This document shows positions 41,262 to 54,354 of a stretch of DNA of 64,000 bases, piece by piece. How positions within the stretch are numbered: the first letter of the stretch is position 1; each line of letters starts with the position of its first letter. Origin of the DNA: Escherichia coli (GTDB lineage: Bacteria > Pseudomonadota > Gammaproteobacteria > Enterobacterales > Enterobacteriaceae); assembly GCF_050920415.1 (NCBI RefSeq), contig NZ_CP169309.1; one strand, written 5' to 3'. A model generated the notes under the pieces. That model saw only the letters and a list, made by a program, of their open reading frames with translations. It had not been told where the DNA came from and made no database searches. The translations under genes and the position numbers were made by a program.

Positions 41262-42488
41262 TTATCTCACCAGCTTTTCGGCACGCTGGTGTTTGGCCTG
41301 ATACATATTGTGATCGGCCAGCTCTTGTAATTTTTCCGCAGAGGCATGCTCAATGGTCATCGCGTAACCAATGCTTAATGTCATGGTGGTCTGATGACCA
41401 TTATGAAGATCAAACGGGCGATTAAAGATTTGTGTCAGTGCTGAGCAAATCCGCTGTACTTCGGATTCCGACTGTACACCAAAGAGGACCATCGCAAATT
41501 CATCGCCGCCTATGCGGTATGCTTTATGTTGCAGCCCGCCAAATTCAGCTAACCGTTTTGCTACCTCAATCAAGACACGATCGCCCGTCGCATGACCCCA
41601 GGTATCATTGATATATTTGAAATTATCGCCATCAAGAAATAGTAACGCCGACGTTTTTCGGGCGTCGGAACTGCTCATCAACGTGTTGATGCCGCTACGA
41701 AACGCAGCCCGGTTCGCCAGCCCGGTTAATGGGTCATGTAGCGCGGTACGTAGCAGCTGCGCATTTTTAGCCTGTAAGCGAAGCTGCCACTCTTCCATTT
41801 CATCCAGCAGACTGTTGAAGTCGAGAGCGAAGCGGTGAAACTCAGCGATACGTTCTTCCGAAACTCGTCGGGAAAAATTGCGGTTGGAACGCACATCATG
41901 TACGACATCGGTGATATTTTTCAGCGCTTCCACCAGGCCATTGTGCAAATGGCGGGTGAGGGTAATTGCGATGCCTGATGCCAGCAGAATACAACCGGTC
42001 AGGACAGCGAGCGAAAACCAGATAAAATGGCTGATCGAGCTGTCGCGAGCGGTTAAGCGTACTTCGCCAATGGTTTCACCATTGTGACGAATCGGCTGAG
42101 TGATGGGGGCAGGGAAGAGCCAGTGGCTTATGAAATTGCTGAAAGTATCGCCTGGATCCTTACGGGTGTAATGCCAGGATGCCAGAATATTTTGCTGCTT
42201 ATCACGCACTTCTGCAGTTGAAAATTGCCCTTGCTTCCCCAGCGCTGCCAGTGTTTGAGTTGCTGCAGGGCCATCGGCAAAAACGACCGCTGCTTCCAGA
42301 CTGTAAGTCATTGTTGCTGCTGTCAGTGCCAGGTTTTTTTGCGCGTACTGTTTCAGAGTCAGCACCGAGGTCACGGAAAGCAGCAACCAGATCAGCATCA
42401 TAGTGATAAATATGCTGGTCATACTGATGTTGCGTAATGCTCTTTTAAACGTGGGGCGCTTATTAAGAGAATTATCGTTATCCATCAT
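41262..42488 (-). CDS. dgcN: diguanylate cyclase YfiN (DgcN)
   Basis: 408 aa, TM/HAMP then GGDEF domain (RIGGDEF). Confidence 0.85.
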   Translation of the reverse strand: MMDNDNSLNKRPTFKRALRNISMTSIFITMMLIWLLLSVTSVLTLKQYAQKNLALTAATMTYSLEAAVVFADGPAATQTLAALGKQGQFSTAEVRDKQQNILASWHYTRKDPGDTFSNFISHWLFPAPITQPIRHNGETIGEVRLTARDSSISHFIWFSLAVLTGCILLASGIAITLTRHLHNGLVEALKNITDVVHDVRSNRNFSRRVSEERIAEFHRFALDFNSLLDEMEEWQLRLQAKNAQLLRTALHDPLTGLANRAAFRSGINTLMSSSDARKTSALLFLDGDNFKYINDTWGHATGDRVLIEVAKRLAEFGGLQHKAYRIGGDEFAMVLFGVQSESEVQRICSALTQIFNRPFDLHNGHQTTMTLSIGYAMTIEHASAEKLQELADHNMYQAKHQRAEKLVR

Positions 42489-42996
42489 TTTTCTTCCGTG
42501 CGAGCATTAAGACATCCGGGTTGACCTTTACACCGCTACGCGATAAGGCATCCAGGTTTACGGCAAATCTGACGTCATTATTGTGGATGATCAGACAAAA
42601 GGCGCTACCAATAATGCAATCGGTATTTTGTTCGGCAATTAATAATAACGCCTTTGACGGATATTGTTCGGTTAATTCCATCTGGAATGTCGGTGACTCC
42701 TTGCCAAAATAAAAACCATTGCAGCCTGAAATCATCGCCTCTTGTTGAGTGTGAATGATGACAGGCAAATAAGGCAAAGATGTCGCGGCATTCTCTTGTA
42801 GGGCGGTACTAAAACGTGAAGATGAAAAGATACATAACTTTGGTGGCCCTGATAGCACGGGCCAGCGGGTGTAACTGACAATACCGGAAACCATCATACG
42901 CACGTTTTTCGCAACGTCAGAAGGTTCCTGAGCGAGTATTGGTGCTCCCGTCAGCAGGAGAATCAGCAGTAAGAACAGTCGGTGAGAAAAACGCAT
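42478..42996 (-). CDS. yfiR: periplasmic repressor YfiR
   Basis: 172 aa with signal peptide; first gene of yfiRNB. Confidence 0.8.
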   Translation of the reverse strand: MRFSHRLFLLLILLLTGAPILAQEPSDVAKNVRMMVSGIVSYTRWPVLSGPPKLCIFSSSRFSTALQENAATSLPYLPVIIHTQQEAMISGCNGFYFGKESPTFQMELTEQYPSKALLLIAEQNTDCIIGSAFCLIIHNNDVRFAVNLDALSRSGVKVNPDVLMLARKKNDG

Positions 42997-43145
42997 TCAG
43001 GGATCCTCACCATCTTCGCTCGAAATGCATCGATATTTTTTCAGAATGCTCATTAAAATATCATTCTTTCATGCGTTCGTCATCAATGTGAGAAATAAAA
43101 CACAATGAGTAGAATCTCATGTTTAATTTATTTGTGGGGGTTTAA

Positions 43146-43511
43146 TTAATTTAATCGTATTGTGCTGGCATTTTCATCAGCCCCTTTTTGCCATACTTCA
43201 TGCAGTTGGCTGGCATTTTCAACATTGTTGCAGCTGGCAGGAAAGATTTTACCGGAAAGTCCTCGGGCATAAGTAAAATCGGTCTGGCAAGTTTTCTTTT
43301 GTCCTTCGGCATATCCTTTAAGGTATAGACCGCGATCCGCCTGTGAATCGCTAAATGCATCGTCTTCTTTTATGGCGTTGCCCGATATCGCATCTTCCAT
43401 ACCAACATCATACCAGTCGGTGCTGGTCAAGGTTGGCGCGTGAGTATAAGGATCAATCTGACATCCGCTAACCAGTAAAGCCAACAAGGGGGCGATAAAC
43501 TTTTTCATCAT
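43146..43511 (-). CDS. yfiL: lipoprotein YfiL
   Basis: Start set at ATG 43511 (MMKKFIAPLLALLVSGC). Confidence 0.7.
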   Translation of the reverse strand: MMKKFIAPLLALLVSGCQIDPYTHAPTLTSTDWYDVGMEDAISGNAIKEDDAFSDSQADRGLYLKGYAEGQKKTCQTDFTYARGLSGKIFPASCNNVENASQLHEVWQKGADENASTIRLN

Positions 43512-43556
43512 TTCTTTCTCCTTTTTCAAAGCATAGCGGATTGTTTTCAAAGGCGA

Positions 43557-43649
43557 TGTAAATTTATTTATACATAAACAAGGGTTAAAAGCGCGAATAA
43601 ATTGCTTGTGTAAAGAAAAATGTACGAAATATGGATTGAAAACTTTACT
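43557..43649 (+). promoter_or_regulatory. TyrR boxes in aroF promoter region
   Basis: TGTAAA-N6-TATACA (43557-43574), TGTAAA-N6-TGTACG (43609-43626), TGGATT-N6-TTTACT (43632-43649). Confidence 0.5.
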
Positions 43650-43720
43650 TTATGTGTTATCGTTACGTCATCCTCGCTGAGGATCAACTATCGCAAACGA
43701 GCATAAACAGGATCGCCATC

Positions 43721-44791
43721 ATGCAAAAAGACGCGCTGAATAACGTACATATTACCGACGAACAAGTTTTAATGACTCCGGAACAACTGAAGGCCGCTTT
43801 TCCATTAAGCCTGCAACAGGAAGCCCAGATTGCTGACTCGCGTAAAACCATTTCAGATATTATCGCCGGGCGCGATCCTCGTCTGTTGGTAGTATGTGGT
43901 CCTTGTTCCATTCATGATCCGGAAACTGCTCTGGAATATGCTCGTCGATTTAAAGCCCTTGCCGCAGAGGTCAGCGATAGCCTCTATCTGGTAATGCGCG
44001 TCTATTTTGAAAAACCCCGTACCACTGTCGGTTGGAAAGGGTTGATTAACGATCCCCATATGGATGGCTCTTTTGATGTAGAAGCCGGGCTGCAGATCGC
44101 GCGTAAATTGCTGCTTGAGCTGGTGAATATGGGACTGCCACTGGCGACGGAAGCGTTAGATCCTAATAGCCCGCAATACCTGGGCGATCTGTTTAGCTGG
44201 TCAGCAATTGGTGCTCGTACAACGGAATCGCAAACACACCGTGAAATGGCCTCCGGGCTTTCCATGCCGGTTGGTTTTAAAAACGGCACCGACGGCAGCC
44301 TTGCAACGGCTATTAACGCTATGCGTGCCGCCGCCCAGCCGCACCGTTTTGTTGGCATTAACCAGGCAGGGCAGGTTGCGTTGCTACAAACTCAGGGGAA
44401 TCCGGACGGGCATGTGATCCTGCGCGGTGGTAAAGCGCCGAACTATAGCCCTGCGGATGTTGCGCAATGTGAAAAAGAGATGGAACAGGCGGGACTGCGC
44501 CCGTCTCTGATGGTAGATTGCAGCCACGGTAATTCCAATAAAGATTATCGCCGTCAGCCTGCGGTGGCAGAATCCGTGGTTGCTCAAATCAAAGATGGCA
44601 ATCGCTCAATTATTGGTCTGATGATCGAAAGTAATATCCACGAGGGCAATCAGTCTTCCGAGCAACCGCGCAGTGAAATGAAATACGGTGTATCCGTAAC
44701 CGATGCCTGCATTAGTTGGGAAATGACCGATGCCTTGCTGCGTGAAATTCATCAGGATCTGAACGGGCAGCTGACGGCTCGCGTGGCTTAA
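43721..44791 (+). CDS. aroF: DAHP synthase, Tyr-sensitive
   Basis: 356 aa from ATG 43721 ([11 protein letters not shown]...). Confidence 0.95.
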   Translation: MQKDALNNVHITDEQVLMTPEQLKAAFPLSLQQEAQIADSRKTISDIIAGRDPRLLVVCGPCSIHDPETALEYARRFKALAAEVSDSLYLVMRVYFEKPRTTVGWKGLINDPHMDGSFDVEAGLQIARKLLLELVNMGLPLATEALDPNSPQYLGDLFSWSAIGARTTESQTHREMASGLSMPVGFKNGTDGSLATAINAMRAAAQPHRFVGINQAGQVALLQTQGNPDGHVILRGGKAPNYSPADVAQCEKEMEQAGLRPSLMVDCSHGNSNKDYRRQPAVAESVVAQIKDGNRSIIGLMIESNIHEGNQSSEQPRSEMKYGVSVTDACISWEMTDALLREIHQDLNGQLTARVA

Positions 44792-44801
44792 GAGGTTTAT
44801 T

Positions 44802-45923
44802 ATGGTTGCTGAATTGACCGCATTACGCGATCAAATTGATGAAGTCGATAAAGCGCTGCTGAATTTATTAGCGAAGCGTCTGGAACTGGTTGCTGAAGTT
44901 GGCGAGGTGAAAAGCCGCTTTGGACTGCCTATTTATGTTCCGGAGCGCGAGGCATCTATGCTGGCCTCGCGGCGTGCAGAGGCGGAAGCTCTGGGTGTAC
45001 CGCCAGATCTGATTGAGGATGTTTTGCGTCGGGTGATGCGTGAATCTTACTCCAGTGAAAACGACAAAGGATTTAAAACGCTTTGTCCGTCTCTGCGTCC
45101 GGTGGTTATCGTCGGTGGTGGCGGTCAGATGGGACGTCTGTTCGAGAAGATGCTGGCACTCTCGGGTTATCAGGTGCGGATTCTGGAGCAACATGACTGG
45201 GATCGAGCGGCTGATATTGTTGCCGATGCCGGAATGGTGATTGTTAGTGTGCCCATCCACGTTACTGAACAAGTTATTGGCAAATTACCGCCTTTACCGA
45301 AAGATTGTATTCTGGTCGATCTGGCATCGGTGAAAAATGGACCATTACAGGCCATGCTGGCGGCGCATGATGGTCCGGTGCTGGGGTTACACCCGATGTT
45401 CGGCCCGGACAGCGGTAGCCTGGCAAAGCAAGTTGTGGTCTGGTGTGATGGACGTAAGCCGGAAGCATACCAATGGTTTCTGGAGCAAATTCAGGTCTGG
45501 GGCGCTCGGCTGCATCGTATTAGCGCTGTCGAGCACGATCAGAATATGGCGTTTATTCAGGCACTGCGCCACTTTGCTACTTTTGCTTATGGGCTGCACC
45601 TGGCAGAAGAAAATGTTCAGCTTGAGCAACTTCTGGCGCTTTCTTCGCCGATTTACCGCCTTGAGCTGGCGATGGTTGGGCGACTGTTTGCTCAGGATCC
45701 GCAACTGTATGCCGACATTATTATGTCGTCAGAGCGTAATCTGGCGTTAATCAAACGTTACTATAAGCGTTTCGGCGAGGCGATTGAGTTGCTGGAGCAG
45801 GGCGATAAGCAGGCGTTTATTGACAGTTTCCGCAAGGTGGAGCACTGGTTCGGCGATTACGCACAGCGTTTTCAGAGTGAAAGCCGCGTGTTATTGCGTC
45901 AGGCGAATGACAGTCGCCAGTAA
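44802..45923 (+). CDS. tyrA: T-protein: chorismate mutase / prephenate dehydrogenase
   Basis: 373 aa. Confidence 0.95.
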   Translation: MVAELTALRDQIDEVDKALLNLLAKRLELVAEVGEVKSRFGLPIYVPEREASMLASRRAEAEALGVPPDLIEDVLRRVMRESYSSENDKGFKTLCPSLRPVVIVGGGGQMGRLFEKMLALSGYQVRILEQHDWDRAADIVADAGMVIVSVPIHVTEQVIGKLPPLPKDCILVDLASVKNGPLQAMLAAHDGPVLGLHPMFGPDSGSLAKQVVVWCDGRKPEAYQWFLEQIQVWGARLHRISAVEHDQNMAFIQALRHFATFAYGLHLAEENVQLEQLLALSSPIYRLELAMVGRLFAQDPQLYADIIMSSERNLALIKRYYKRFGEAIELLEQGDKQAFIDSFRKVEHWFGDYAQRFQSESRVLLRQANDSRQ

Positions 45924-45965
45924 TAATCCAGTGCCGGGTGGCGTGTTTCACCCGGCACGATTTCA

Positions 45966-47126
45966 TTATGCCGGATCGACTGGTACCACATTCTCGCTTG
46001 GGTAACAGCCCAGGACTTTCATCGAGCGAGTGATTTCACCTAGCTCTTTCAACGCCTGTTGCATTTCCGCTGATTCCAGATTGGCCTGAATATCCAGATA
46101 AAACATCTCTTCCCACGGGTTTCCGTGAATCGGGCGTGATTCCAGACGGGTCATAATCAGATTGTGGTTGCGCAGTACCAGCAACGCTTCAACCAGCGCA
46201 CCAGCTTGTTGTCCGGTCGCCATTAACAACGTCGTTTTCGCCGGAACCTGGTCAGAAACGTTAATGGCTTTACGTGCCAACACCACAAATCGGGTGAAGT
46301 TTTGTCGCTGATTCGCTTCAATATGCTCCAGTACCTGCAAACCGTACAAAGTGCCGCCAGCTTCGCTTCCCAACGCAGCAACATGCGGTGATTTTGCCTG
46401 TGCAACCTTTTCCATTGCCGCAGACGTACTTTCGGTATATTCAATCTTCCAGTGCGGATAACGATTAAGGAATTTGCTGCATTGCTGGAATGGCTGCGGA
46501 TGGCTGTAGACCGTATTAATGGTGGATAAATCAGTAGTGCCGGAGACCAACAAACAATGATCGATAGTTAACGTCATCTCGCCAACAATCGACAAACTGG
46601 TATGTTGCAGCAGATCGTAAACGTCGTTTATGGCACCGGAGCTGGTATTTTCAATCGGTACGACGGCATAGTCGGCCTGGCCGGTTTCCACCTGATTAAA
46701 AATATCGGCAAATTTGGCGCAGCCACTTTCAATGAATTGCTCAAAGTGACGCGCAGCGTACTGACGAGCGGCAAGATGTGAATAGGAGCCTTTGGGGCCG
46801 AGAAAAGCGATGCGTGCTGAGTGCGGATTAATTTTATTGAGATGTTGCTGGAGCAGTGCCTGCTGAGTTAATACGGAATCTTCAATGATGAGCTGGAACA
46901 GGCGAGTAATGTAATGGGCGTCCAGATGGTGCGCTTTACCGAGCGTAATTAATCTTTCCAGCAAATCGCGTTCGCGATCAATATCACGTACCGGGCGATG
47001 AGAGAGCAGTTTGGCTTTTCCCACCTCGACGGCCAGTTCGCGCCGCTCTGCCAGTAATGCTAATAATTTTTCATCCAGCGCGCTGATTTTCTCTCGCAGC
47101 GCCAGTAACGGGTTTTCCGATGTCAT
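45966..47126 (-). CDS. pheA: P-protein: chorismate mutase / prephenate dehydratase
   Basis: 386 aa. Confidence 0.95.
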   Translation of the reverse strand: MTSENPLLALREKISALDEKLLALLAERRELAVEVGKAKLLSHRPVRDIDRERDLLERLITLGKAHHLDAHYITRLFQLIIEDSVLTQQALLQQHLNKINPHSARIAFLGPKGSYSHLAARQYAARHFEQFIESGCAKFADIFNQVETGQADYAVVPIENTSSGAINDVYDLLQHTSLSIVGEMTLTIDHCLLVSGTTDLSTINTVYSHPQPFQQCSKFLNRYPHWKIEYTESTSAAMEKVAQAKSPHVAALGSEAGGTLYGLQVLEHIEANQRQNFTRFVVLARKAINVSDQVPAKTTLLMATGQQAGALVEALLVLRNHNLIMTRLESRPIHGNPWEEMFYLDIQANLESAEMQQALKELGEITRSMKVLGCYPSENVVPVDPA

Positions 47127-47153
47127 AGTGTTGCCTTTTTGTTATCAATAAAA

Positions 47154-47178
47154 AAGGCCCCCCGGTTTGGGAGGCCTT
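47154..47178 (-). terminator. pheA attenuator terminator
   Basis: On minus strand aaggcctccc-aaac-cggggggcctttttt between pheL and pheA. Confidence 0.6.
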
Positions 47179-47223
47179 ATTGTTCGTCTTCGCATTCTGT
47201 TTCACACGACGAAACGCCTCCCA

Positions 47224-47271
47224 TTCAGGGGAAGGTAAAAAAGAATGCGAAGAAAAACGGTGTGTGTTTCA
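47224..47271 (-). CDS. pheL: pheA leader peptide
   Basis: Minus strand ATG AAA CAC ACA CCG TTT TTC TTC GCA TTC TTT TTT ACC TTC CCC TGA = MKHTPFFFAFFFTFP. Confidence 0.85.
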
Positions 47272-47326
47272 TGTTTGTTTCCTTAAGTGACTTTAGTACA
47301 GTACCCGTACTGTTTTCACGCTGTCA

Positions 47327-47352
47327 ACAAAAAACGCGCCCGAAGGCGCGTT
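47327..47352 (-). terminator. raiA terminator
   Basis: aacgcgcc-ttcg-ggcgcgtt hairpin followed by tttttgttg on minus strand. Confidence 0.5.
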
Positions 47353-47375
47353 GGCGATACACTCAATATAAAGGA

Positions 47376-47771
<396 letters not shown>

Positions 47772-47963
47772 TCAAAATGTGTGATGGAAATCTCATAATT
47801 TTGTCACTTTTTGTCAACGAATCTTTTTTGTGAGAAATCGCAGGAAGAGGTGTTTTTTTACTTGAGGAATATCTCAAAGCGAGCCATATTTGATGAGATC
47901 GGTAGTGACTAAATCGCTTCAGTTACACAACTAACAGAATAAAAAAACGGTAGCTCAAGGCTG

Positions 47964-48688
47964 TAATGCCAGTCAGTTAAGCAACTGACTGGCTCTTTTT
48001 TGGGGCTGTGGGGTATTTCCAGGGCCTCTCCTTTACCACTCTCGGGAAGGCCCTTTCCCTTCTTGTCGGTAATTTCACAAGTTGTCCCATACTTGCAAGA
48101 TCGCGCATCAGCTCCGGTATACGTCCCGGTGAAGCGCATGGCGTCCGTCATCGACGTCAGCAGATGGCTGGTCAGTTCCATCTGGCAGACCATTTTGACC
48201 TGCGGGTAGAGCGCCGGGGTCCCGGTATGTGTCTGGCGAGGGAAGGCTGCATCGTTCTCTGGTGTATCCGGTGTGCGCCAGAACACACCATCGATGGCCA
48301 GCAGGGTCAGGCCGCACCAGTGCGGATGCGGCGTGGCGTTATGCCAGAGCTGCGCTGTTTTCGTGAACACGCGGCGGACAGCCTCACTTCCCAGGCGCTG
48401 GCGGGCCTGAATAACGGCACTGGGGGCAACGAAGGGGCGATTGCCCGGCAGCATGATGTCCAGGCGATTCACAATCTGGTGAAGAGGTTCTTTACGCTCA
48501 AGCGCCATGCCAACAATACACCAGACCATCATTTCGAGGGGAAGACGGCGCTTGCGTAGCGTTACAGTACCTGATTCGGCAAGGCAACGAGAGATGAGTT
48601 CGGGGTCGAGGTAATCCCCCAGAGAAGTCAGTGGGTTACGCAGAGAATCGTAACGGGATACCAAATCAAGGGCCTGTCCAATGAGCAT
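47964..48688 (-). pseudogene. truncated IS4 transposase
   Basis: N-terminal ~195 aa look like IS4 transposase (LLAIDGVFWRTPDTPEN region), then frame runs into unrelated sequence. Confidence 0.55.
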
Positions 48689-48773
48689 AAAAAAAATCCG
48701 GAAACGAGTGAGCGTTTCCGGATTCTTACACAGGCACTGGATCGGTCAACTGATCCTTAACTGATCGGCATTA
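47964..48773 (-). mobile_element. internally deleted IS4 copy (~810 bp) flanked by 12-bp target-site duplication
   Basis: Ends taatgccagtcagttaag / rc taatgccgatcagttaag are inverted repeats; agctcaaggctg present directly outside both ends (47952-47963, 48775-48786); truncated transposase inside. Confidence 0.65.
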
Positions 48774-48809
48774 CAGCTCAAGGCTGCCGTTTTGTGTTTC
48801 AGGTTTCTG

Positions 48810-49547
48810 TTATGTATTGCTGCTGTTTGCGGCGATGATTTTCGCTACTTTTTCAGCTTGCGCATTCATCTGCATCTGACGGTATGCATTTTCCATCAGC
48901 GGCAGCGCATCACGCGTAGCCTGGGTATCCGGATAGTCGCGCAACATGTCTTCTACGCGGTTAACGACAGCAACCCATGCACCACGTTCTGTATAGTACT
49001 CGGCAACGGAGTATTCATATTTCGCCAGACGATCTTTCAGGAATACCAGACGTTTGGTGGCATCGGTGGTGTACTGACTGTTCGGATAGCCGCGCACCAG
49101 TTTGGAAAAGTCACTAAACGCAGCTCGTGCATGTTGAGGATCGCGATCGCTACGGTCAACGCCAAAGAACCCTTGCAGCGCACTGTCATCCAGCGCCATA
49201 TTGGTCAGGCCACGCATGTACATGACATAATCGATATTCGGATGGGTCGGGTTAAGGCGAATAAAACGATCGATGGCAGCCTGTGCTAACGGCAAATCGG
49301 CGTTTTTATAGTAGGCGTAGATGAGATCCAGCTGCACCTGCTGCGAATACGGACCAAACGGATAGCGATTATCTAACGCTTCCAGTTGCGTTATTGCCTG
49401 TCTCCAGTTACCGTCCTGCAGCTTTTGTTGTGCAGTCGCGTAAATTTCATTTGGCGGATTATCAGGTACTTCTTCCTTTGACCCCGAGCAACCCGCCAAA
49501 AACAGGCTTAGTGTGGCGGCTGCCACCAGATATTTCATGCGCGTCAT
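48810..49547 (-). CDS. bamD: outer membrane protein assembly factor BamD
   Basis: 245 aa TPR lipoprotein (lipobox LAGC). Confidence 0.9.
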   Translation of the reverse strand: MTRMKYLVAAATLSLFLAGCSGSKEEVPDNPPNEIYATAQQKLQDGNWRQAITQLEALDNRYPFGPYSQQVQLDLIYAYYKNADLPLAQAAIDRFIRLNPTHPNIDYVMYMRGLTNMALDDSALQGFFGVDRSDRDPQHARAAFSDFSKLVRGYPNSQYTTDATKRLVFLKDRLAKYEYSVAEYYTERGAWVAVVNRVEDMLRDYPDTQATRDALPLMENAYRQMQMNAQAEKVAKIIAANSSNT

Positions 49548-49681
49548 GACGTTTTGACTTTCCTCAAAATGTAATACGGGAGATTCTCTGTTCCTGCTCC
49601 CGGTTAAGACCAGCTACAATAGCACACTATATTAAACGGCAAAGCCGTAAAACCCCAACGATAAACGAAGAAGCAGTATAT

Positions 49682-50662
49682 ATGGCACAACGAGTACAGC
49701 TCACTGCAACGGTGTCCGAAAACCAACTCGGTCAACGCTTAGATCAGGCTTTGGCCGAAATGTTCCCGGATTATTCACGTTCGCGAATAAAAGAATGGAT
49801 CCTCGACCAGCGCGTGCTGGTTAACGGCAAAGTTTGCGATAAGCCGAAAGAAAAAGTATTGGGTGGCGAGCAGGTGGCCATCAACGCTGAGATTGAAGAA
49901 GAAGCGCGTTTTGAACCGCAGGATATCCCGCTGGATATCGTCTATGAAGATGAAGATATCATCGTCATTAATAAACCACGCGACCTGGTGGTACATCCTG
50001 GCGCGGGTAACCCGGATGGCACGGTACTGAATGCGTTGCTTCATTATTATCCGCCCATTGCCGATGTACCGCGTGCGGGCATCGTCCATCGTCTGGATAA
50101 AGACACCACCGGCCTGATGGTTGTGGCAAAAACCGTTCCGGCTCAGACGCGTTTAGTCGAATCTTTGCAACGGCGTGAAATTACTCGTGAGTATGAAGCG
50201 GTGGCAATTGGTCATATGACCGCTGGCGGTACAGTAGATGAACCAATCAGCCGCCACCCGACCAAACGTACTCACATGGCGGTGCATCCGATGGGTAAAC
50301 CGGCGGTCACTCACTATCGCATCATGGAACACTTCCGTGTGCACACGCGTCTGCGGTTGCGTCTGGAAACCGGACGTACGCACCAGATCCGCGTGCATAT
50401 GGCCCATATCACTCATCCGCTGGTGGGCGATCCGGTTTATGGCGGCCGTCCGCGTCCGCCAAAAGGTGCTTCGGAAGCGTTTATCTCCACGCTGCGTAAG
50501 TTTGACCGCCAGGCGCTTCATGCAACCATGCTGCGTCTTTATCACCCGATCTCCGGCATCGAAATGGAATGGCATGCGCCTATTCCACAAGATATGGTGG
50601 AGCTGATTGAGGTGATGCGCGCCGATTTCGAAGAGCATAAGGATGAAGTGGACTGGTTATGA
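49682..50662 (+). CDS. rluD: 23S rRNA pseudouridine synthase RluD
   Basis: 326 aa, S4 domain then RluA-family catalytic core (HRLDKDTTG). Confidence 0.95.
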   Translation: MAQRVQLTATVSENQLGQRLDQALAEMFPDYSRSRIKEWILDQRVLVNGKVCDKPKEKVLGGEQVAINAEIEEEARFEPQDIPLDIVYEDEDIIVINKPRDLVVHPGAGNPDGTVLNALLHYYPPIADVPRAGIVHRLDKDTTGLMVVAKTVPAQTRLVESLQRREITREYEAVAIGHMTAGGTVDEPISRHPTKRTHMAVHPMGKPAVTHYRIMEHFRVHTRLRLRLETGRTHQIRVHMAHITHPLVGDPVYGGRPRPPKGASEAFISTLRKFDRQALHATMLRLYHPISGIEMEWHAPIPQDMVELIEVMRADFEEHKDEVDWL

Positions 50663-51390
50663 GTAAGCTGATTGTCCCGCAGTGGCCGCTGCCAAAAGGT
50701 GTTGCGGCCTGTAGCTCTACCCGTATCGGCGGCGTGAGCTTGCCGCCGTATGACTCGCTCAACCTCGGTGCCCATTGTGGCGATAACCCGGATTACGTCG
50801 AGGAAAATCGTAAGCGACTTTTTGCTGCGGGCAATTTGCCTTCAAAACCGGTCTGGCTTGAGCAGGTACACGGCAAAGATGTGCTTAAGCTTACTGGCGG
50901 ACCTTATGCCTCAAAACGAGCGGATGCCTCTTATAGCAATACGCCCGGCACGGTTTGCGCCGTGATGACGGCTGACTGCCTCCCTGTGCTGTTTTGCAAT
51001 CGAGCGGGAACGGAAGTCGCCGCCGCTCATGCTGGCTGGCGTGGACTGTGCGCAGGCGTGCTGGAAGAGACGGTTTCCTGTTTTGCTGATAATCCCGAAA
51101 ACATTCTCGCCTGGTTAGGGCCGGCAATTGGTCCACGCGCGTTTGAAGTGGGAGCGGAGGTTCGCGAGGCGTTTATGGCAGTAGACGCCAAAGCGAGTGC
51201 AGCTTTCATTCAGCATGGAGATAAATATCTGGCGGATATTTATCAGCTTGCCCGGCAGCGTCTGGCGAATGTTGGTGTTGAGCAAATTTTCGGCGGTGAC
51301 CGCTGTACATACACAGAAAATGAGACATTCTTCTCTTATCGTCGCGACAAGACCACTGGTCGTATGGCAAGTTTCATTTGGCTGATATAA
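50659..51390 (+). CDS. yfiH: YfiH/PgeF (DUF152 laccase-like purine nucleoside enzyme)
   Basis: 243 aa, overlaps rluD stop. Confidence 0.9.
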   Translation: MSKLIVPQWPLPKGVAACSSTRIGGVSLPPYDSLNLGAHCGDNPDYVEENRKRLFAAGNLPSKPVWLEQVHGKDVLKLTGGPYASKRADASYSNTPGTVCAVMTADCLPVLFCNRAGTEVAAAHAGWRGLCAGVLEETVSCFADNPENILAWLGPAIGPRAFEVGAEVREAFMAVDAKASAAFIQHGDKYLADIYQLARQRLANVGVEQIFGGDRCTYTENETFFSYRRDKTTGRMASFIWLI

Positions 51391-51451
51391 CCTAAAGAAT
51401 CAAGACGATCCGGTACGCGTGATTTTCTTTTCACATTAATCTGGTCAATAA

Positions 51452-51482
51452 CCTTGAATAATTGAGGGATGACCTCATTTAA
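51452..51482 (+). promoter_or_regulatory. sigma32 heat-shock promoter of clpB
   Basis: CCTTGAA -35 and GACCTCATTTA -10-like element ~40 bp upstream of clpB. Confidence 0.5.
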
Positions 51483-51519
51483 TCTCCAGTAGCAACTTTG
51501 ATCCGTTATGGGAGGAGTT

Positions 51520-54093
51520 ATGCGTCTGGATCGTCTTACTAATAAATTCCAGCTTGCTCTTGCCGATGCCCAATCACTTGCACTCGGGCACGACAACCAA
51601 TTCATCGAACCACTTCATTTAATGAGCGCCCTGCTGAATCAGGAAGGGGGTTCGGTTAGTCCTTTATTAACATCCGCCGGCATCAATGCTGGTCAGTTGC
51701 GCACAGATATCAATCAGGCATTAAATCGTTTACCGCAGGTTGAAGGCACTGGTGGCGATGTCCAGCCCTCACAGGATCTGGTGCGCGTTCTTAATCTTTG
51801 CGACAAGCTGGCGCAAAAACGTGGTGATAACTTTATCTCGTCAGAACTGTTCGTTCTGGCGGCACTTGAGTCTCGCGGCACGCTGGCCGACATCCTGAAA
51901 GCAGCAGGGGCGACCACCGCCAACATTACTCAAGCGATTGAACAAATGCGTGGAGGTGAAAGCGTGAACGATCAAGGAGCTGAAGACCAACGTCAGGCTT
52001 TGAAAAAATACACTATCGACCTCACCGAACGAGCCGAACAAGGCAAACTCGATCCGGTGATTGGCCGTGATGAAGAAATTCGCCGTACCATTCAGGTACT
52101 GCAACGTCGTACTAAAAATAACCCGGTGCTGATTGGTGAACCAGGCGTTGGTAAAACAGCCATCGTTGAAGGTCTGGCTCAGCGTATTATCAATGGCGAA
52201 GTACCGGAAGGGCTGAAAGGCCGCCGCGTACTGGCGCTGGATATGGGCGCGCTGGTGGCCGGGGCGAAATATCGCGGTGAGTTTGAAGAACGTTTAAAAG
52301 GCGTGCTTAACGATCTCGCCAAACAGGAAGGCAACGTCATCCTGTTTATCGACGAATTACATACCATGGTCGGTGCGGGTAAAGCCGATGGCGCAATGGA
52401 TGCCGGCAACATGCTGAAACCGGCGCTGGCGCGTGGTGAATTGCACTGCGTAGGTGCCACGACGCTTGACGAATATCGCCAGTACATCGAAAAAGATGCT
52501 GCGCTGGAACGTCGTTTCCAGAAAGTGTTTGTTGCCGAGCCTTCTGTTGAAGACACCATTGCTATTCTGCGTGGCCTGAAAGAACGTTACGAACTGCACC
52601 ACCATGTGCAAATTACTGACCCGGCAATTGTTGCAGCGGCGACGTTGTCTCATCGCTACATTGCTGACCGTCAGTTGCCGGATAAAGCCATCGACCTGAT
52701 CGATGAAGCAGCATCCAGCATTCGTATGCAGATTGACTCAAAACCAGAAGAACTCGACCGACTCGATCGTCGTATCATCCAGCTCAAACTGGAACAACAG
52801 GCGTTAATGAAAGAGTCTGATGAAGCCAGTAAAAAACGCCTGGATATGCTCAACGAAGAACTGAGCGACAAAGAACGTCAGTATTCCGAGTTAGAAGAAG
52901 AGTGGAAAGCTGAGAAAGCGTCGCTTTCTGGTACGCAGACCATTAAAGCGGAACTGGAACAGGCGAAAATCGCCATTGAACAGGCTCGCCGTGTGGGTGA
53001 TCTGGCGCGGATGTCTGAACTGCAATATGGCAAAATTCCAGAACTGGAAAAGCAACTGGAAGCCGCAACGCAGCTCGAAGGCAAAACTATGCGTCTCTTG
53101 CGTAATAAAGTGACCGACGCCGAAATTGCTGAAGTGCTGGCGCGTTGGACGGGGATTCCGGTTTCTCGCATGATGGAAAGCGAGCGCGAAAAACTGCTGC
53201 GTATGGAGCAAGAACTGCACCATCGCGTTATTGGTCAGAACGAAGCGGTTGATGCGGTATCTAACGCTATTCGTCGTAGCCGTGCGGGGCTTGCGGATCC
53301 AAATCGCCCGATTGGTTCATTCCTGTTCCTTGGCCCAACTGGTGTGGGTAAAACTGAGCTTTGTAAGGCGCTGGCGAACTTTATGTTTGATAGCGACGAG
53401 GCGATGGTCCGTATCGATATGTCCGAGTTTATGGAGAAACACTCGGTGTCTCGTCTGGTTGGTGCGCCTCCGGGATATGTCGGTTATGAAGAAGGTGGCT
53501 ACCTGACCGAAGCGGTGCGTCGTCGTCCGTATTCCGTCATCCTGCTGGATGAAGTGGAAAAAGCGCATCCGGATGTCTTCAACATTCTGTTGCAGGTACT
53601 GGATGATGGACGTCTGACTGACGGGCAGGGGAGAACGGTCGACTTCCGTAATACGGTTGTCATTATGACCTCTAACCTAGGTTCCGATTTGATTCAGGAA
53701 CGCTTCGGTGAACTGGATTATGCGCACATGAAAGAGCTGGTACTCGGTGTGGTAAGCCATAACTTCCGTCCGGAATTCATTAACCGTATCGATGAAGTGG
53801 TGGTCTTCCATCCGCTGGGTGAACAGCACATTGCGTCGATTGCGCAGATTCAGTTGAAACGTCTGTACAAACGTCTGGAAGAACGTGGTTATGAAATCCA
53901 CATTTCTGACGAGGCGCTGAAACTGCTGAGCGAGAACGGTTACGATCCGGTCTATGGTGCACGTCCTCTGAAACGTGCTATCCAGCAGCAGATCGAAAAC
54001 CCGCTGGCACAGCAAATACTGTCTGGTGAATTGGTTCCGGGTAAAGTTATTCGCCTGGAAGTTAATGAAGACAGGATTGTCGCCGTCCAGTAA
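51520..54093 (+). CDS. clpB: disaggregase chaperone ClpB
   Basis: 857 aa from ATG 51520 ([11 protein letters not shown]); two AAA+ modules. Confidence 0.95.
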
Positions 54094-54100
54094 TGATAAA

Positions 54101-54125
54101 ACGAGTCCTTCGGGGCTCGTTTTTG
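54101..54125 (+). terminator. clpB terminator
   Basis: acgagtcc-ttcg-gggctcgt followed by ttttt. Confidence 0.55.
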
Positions 54126-54206
54126 TCTATAAATTAGACGGAAAAGACTATATTCAAGATGTTTTGCCTGAAAAATGAGCGAACGATAAAGTTTTTATAT
54201 TTTTCG

Positions 54207-54354
54207 CTTGTCAGGCCGGAATAACTCCCTATAATGCGCCACCACTGACACGGAACAACGGCAAACACGCCGCCGGGTCAGCGAGGTTCTCCTGAGAATC
54301 TCGACAGAGAAAAGCAAAAAAAATGCTTGACTCTGTAGCGGGAAAGCGTATTAT
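54207..54354 (+). promoter_or_regulatory. rRNA operon promoters P1 and P2
   Basis: P1 cttgtca-16bp-tataat (54207-54235); P2 ttgact-16bp-tattat (54327-54354); A/T-rich UP region upstream. Confidence 0.6.
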
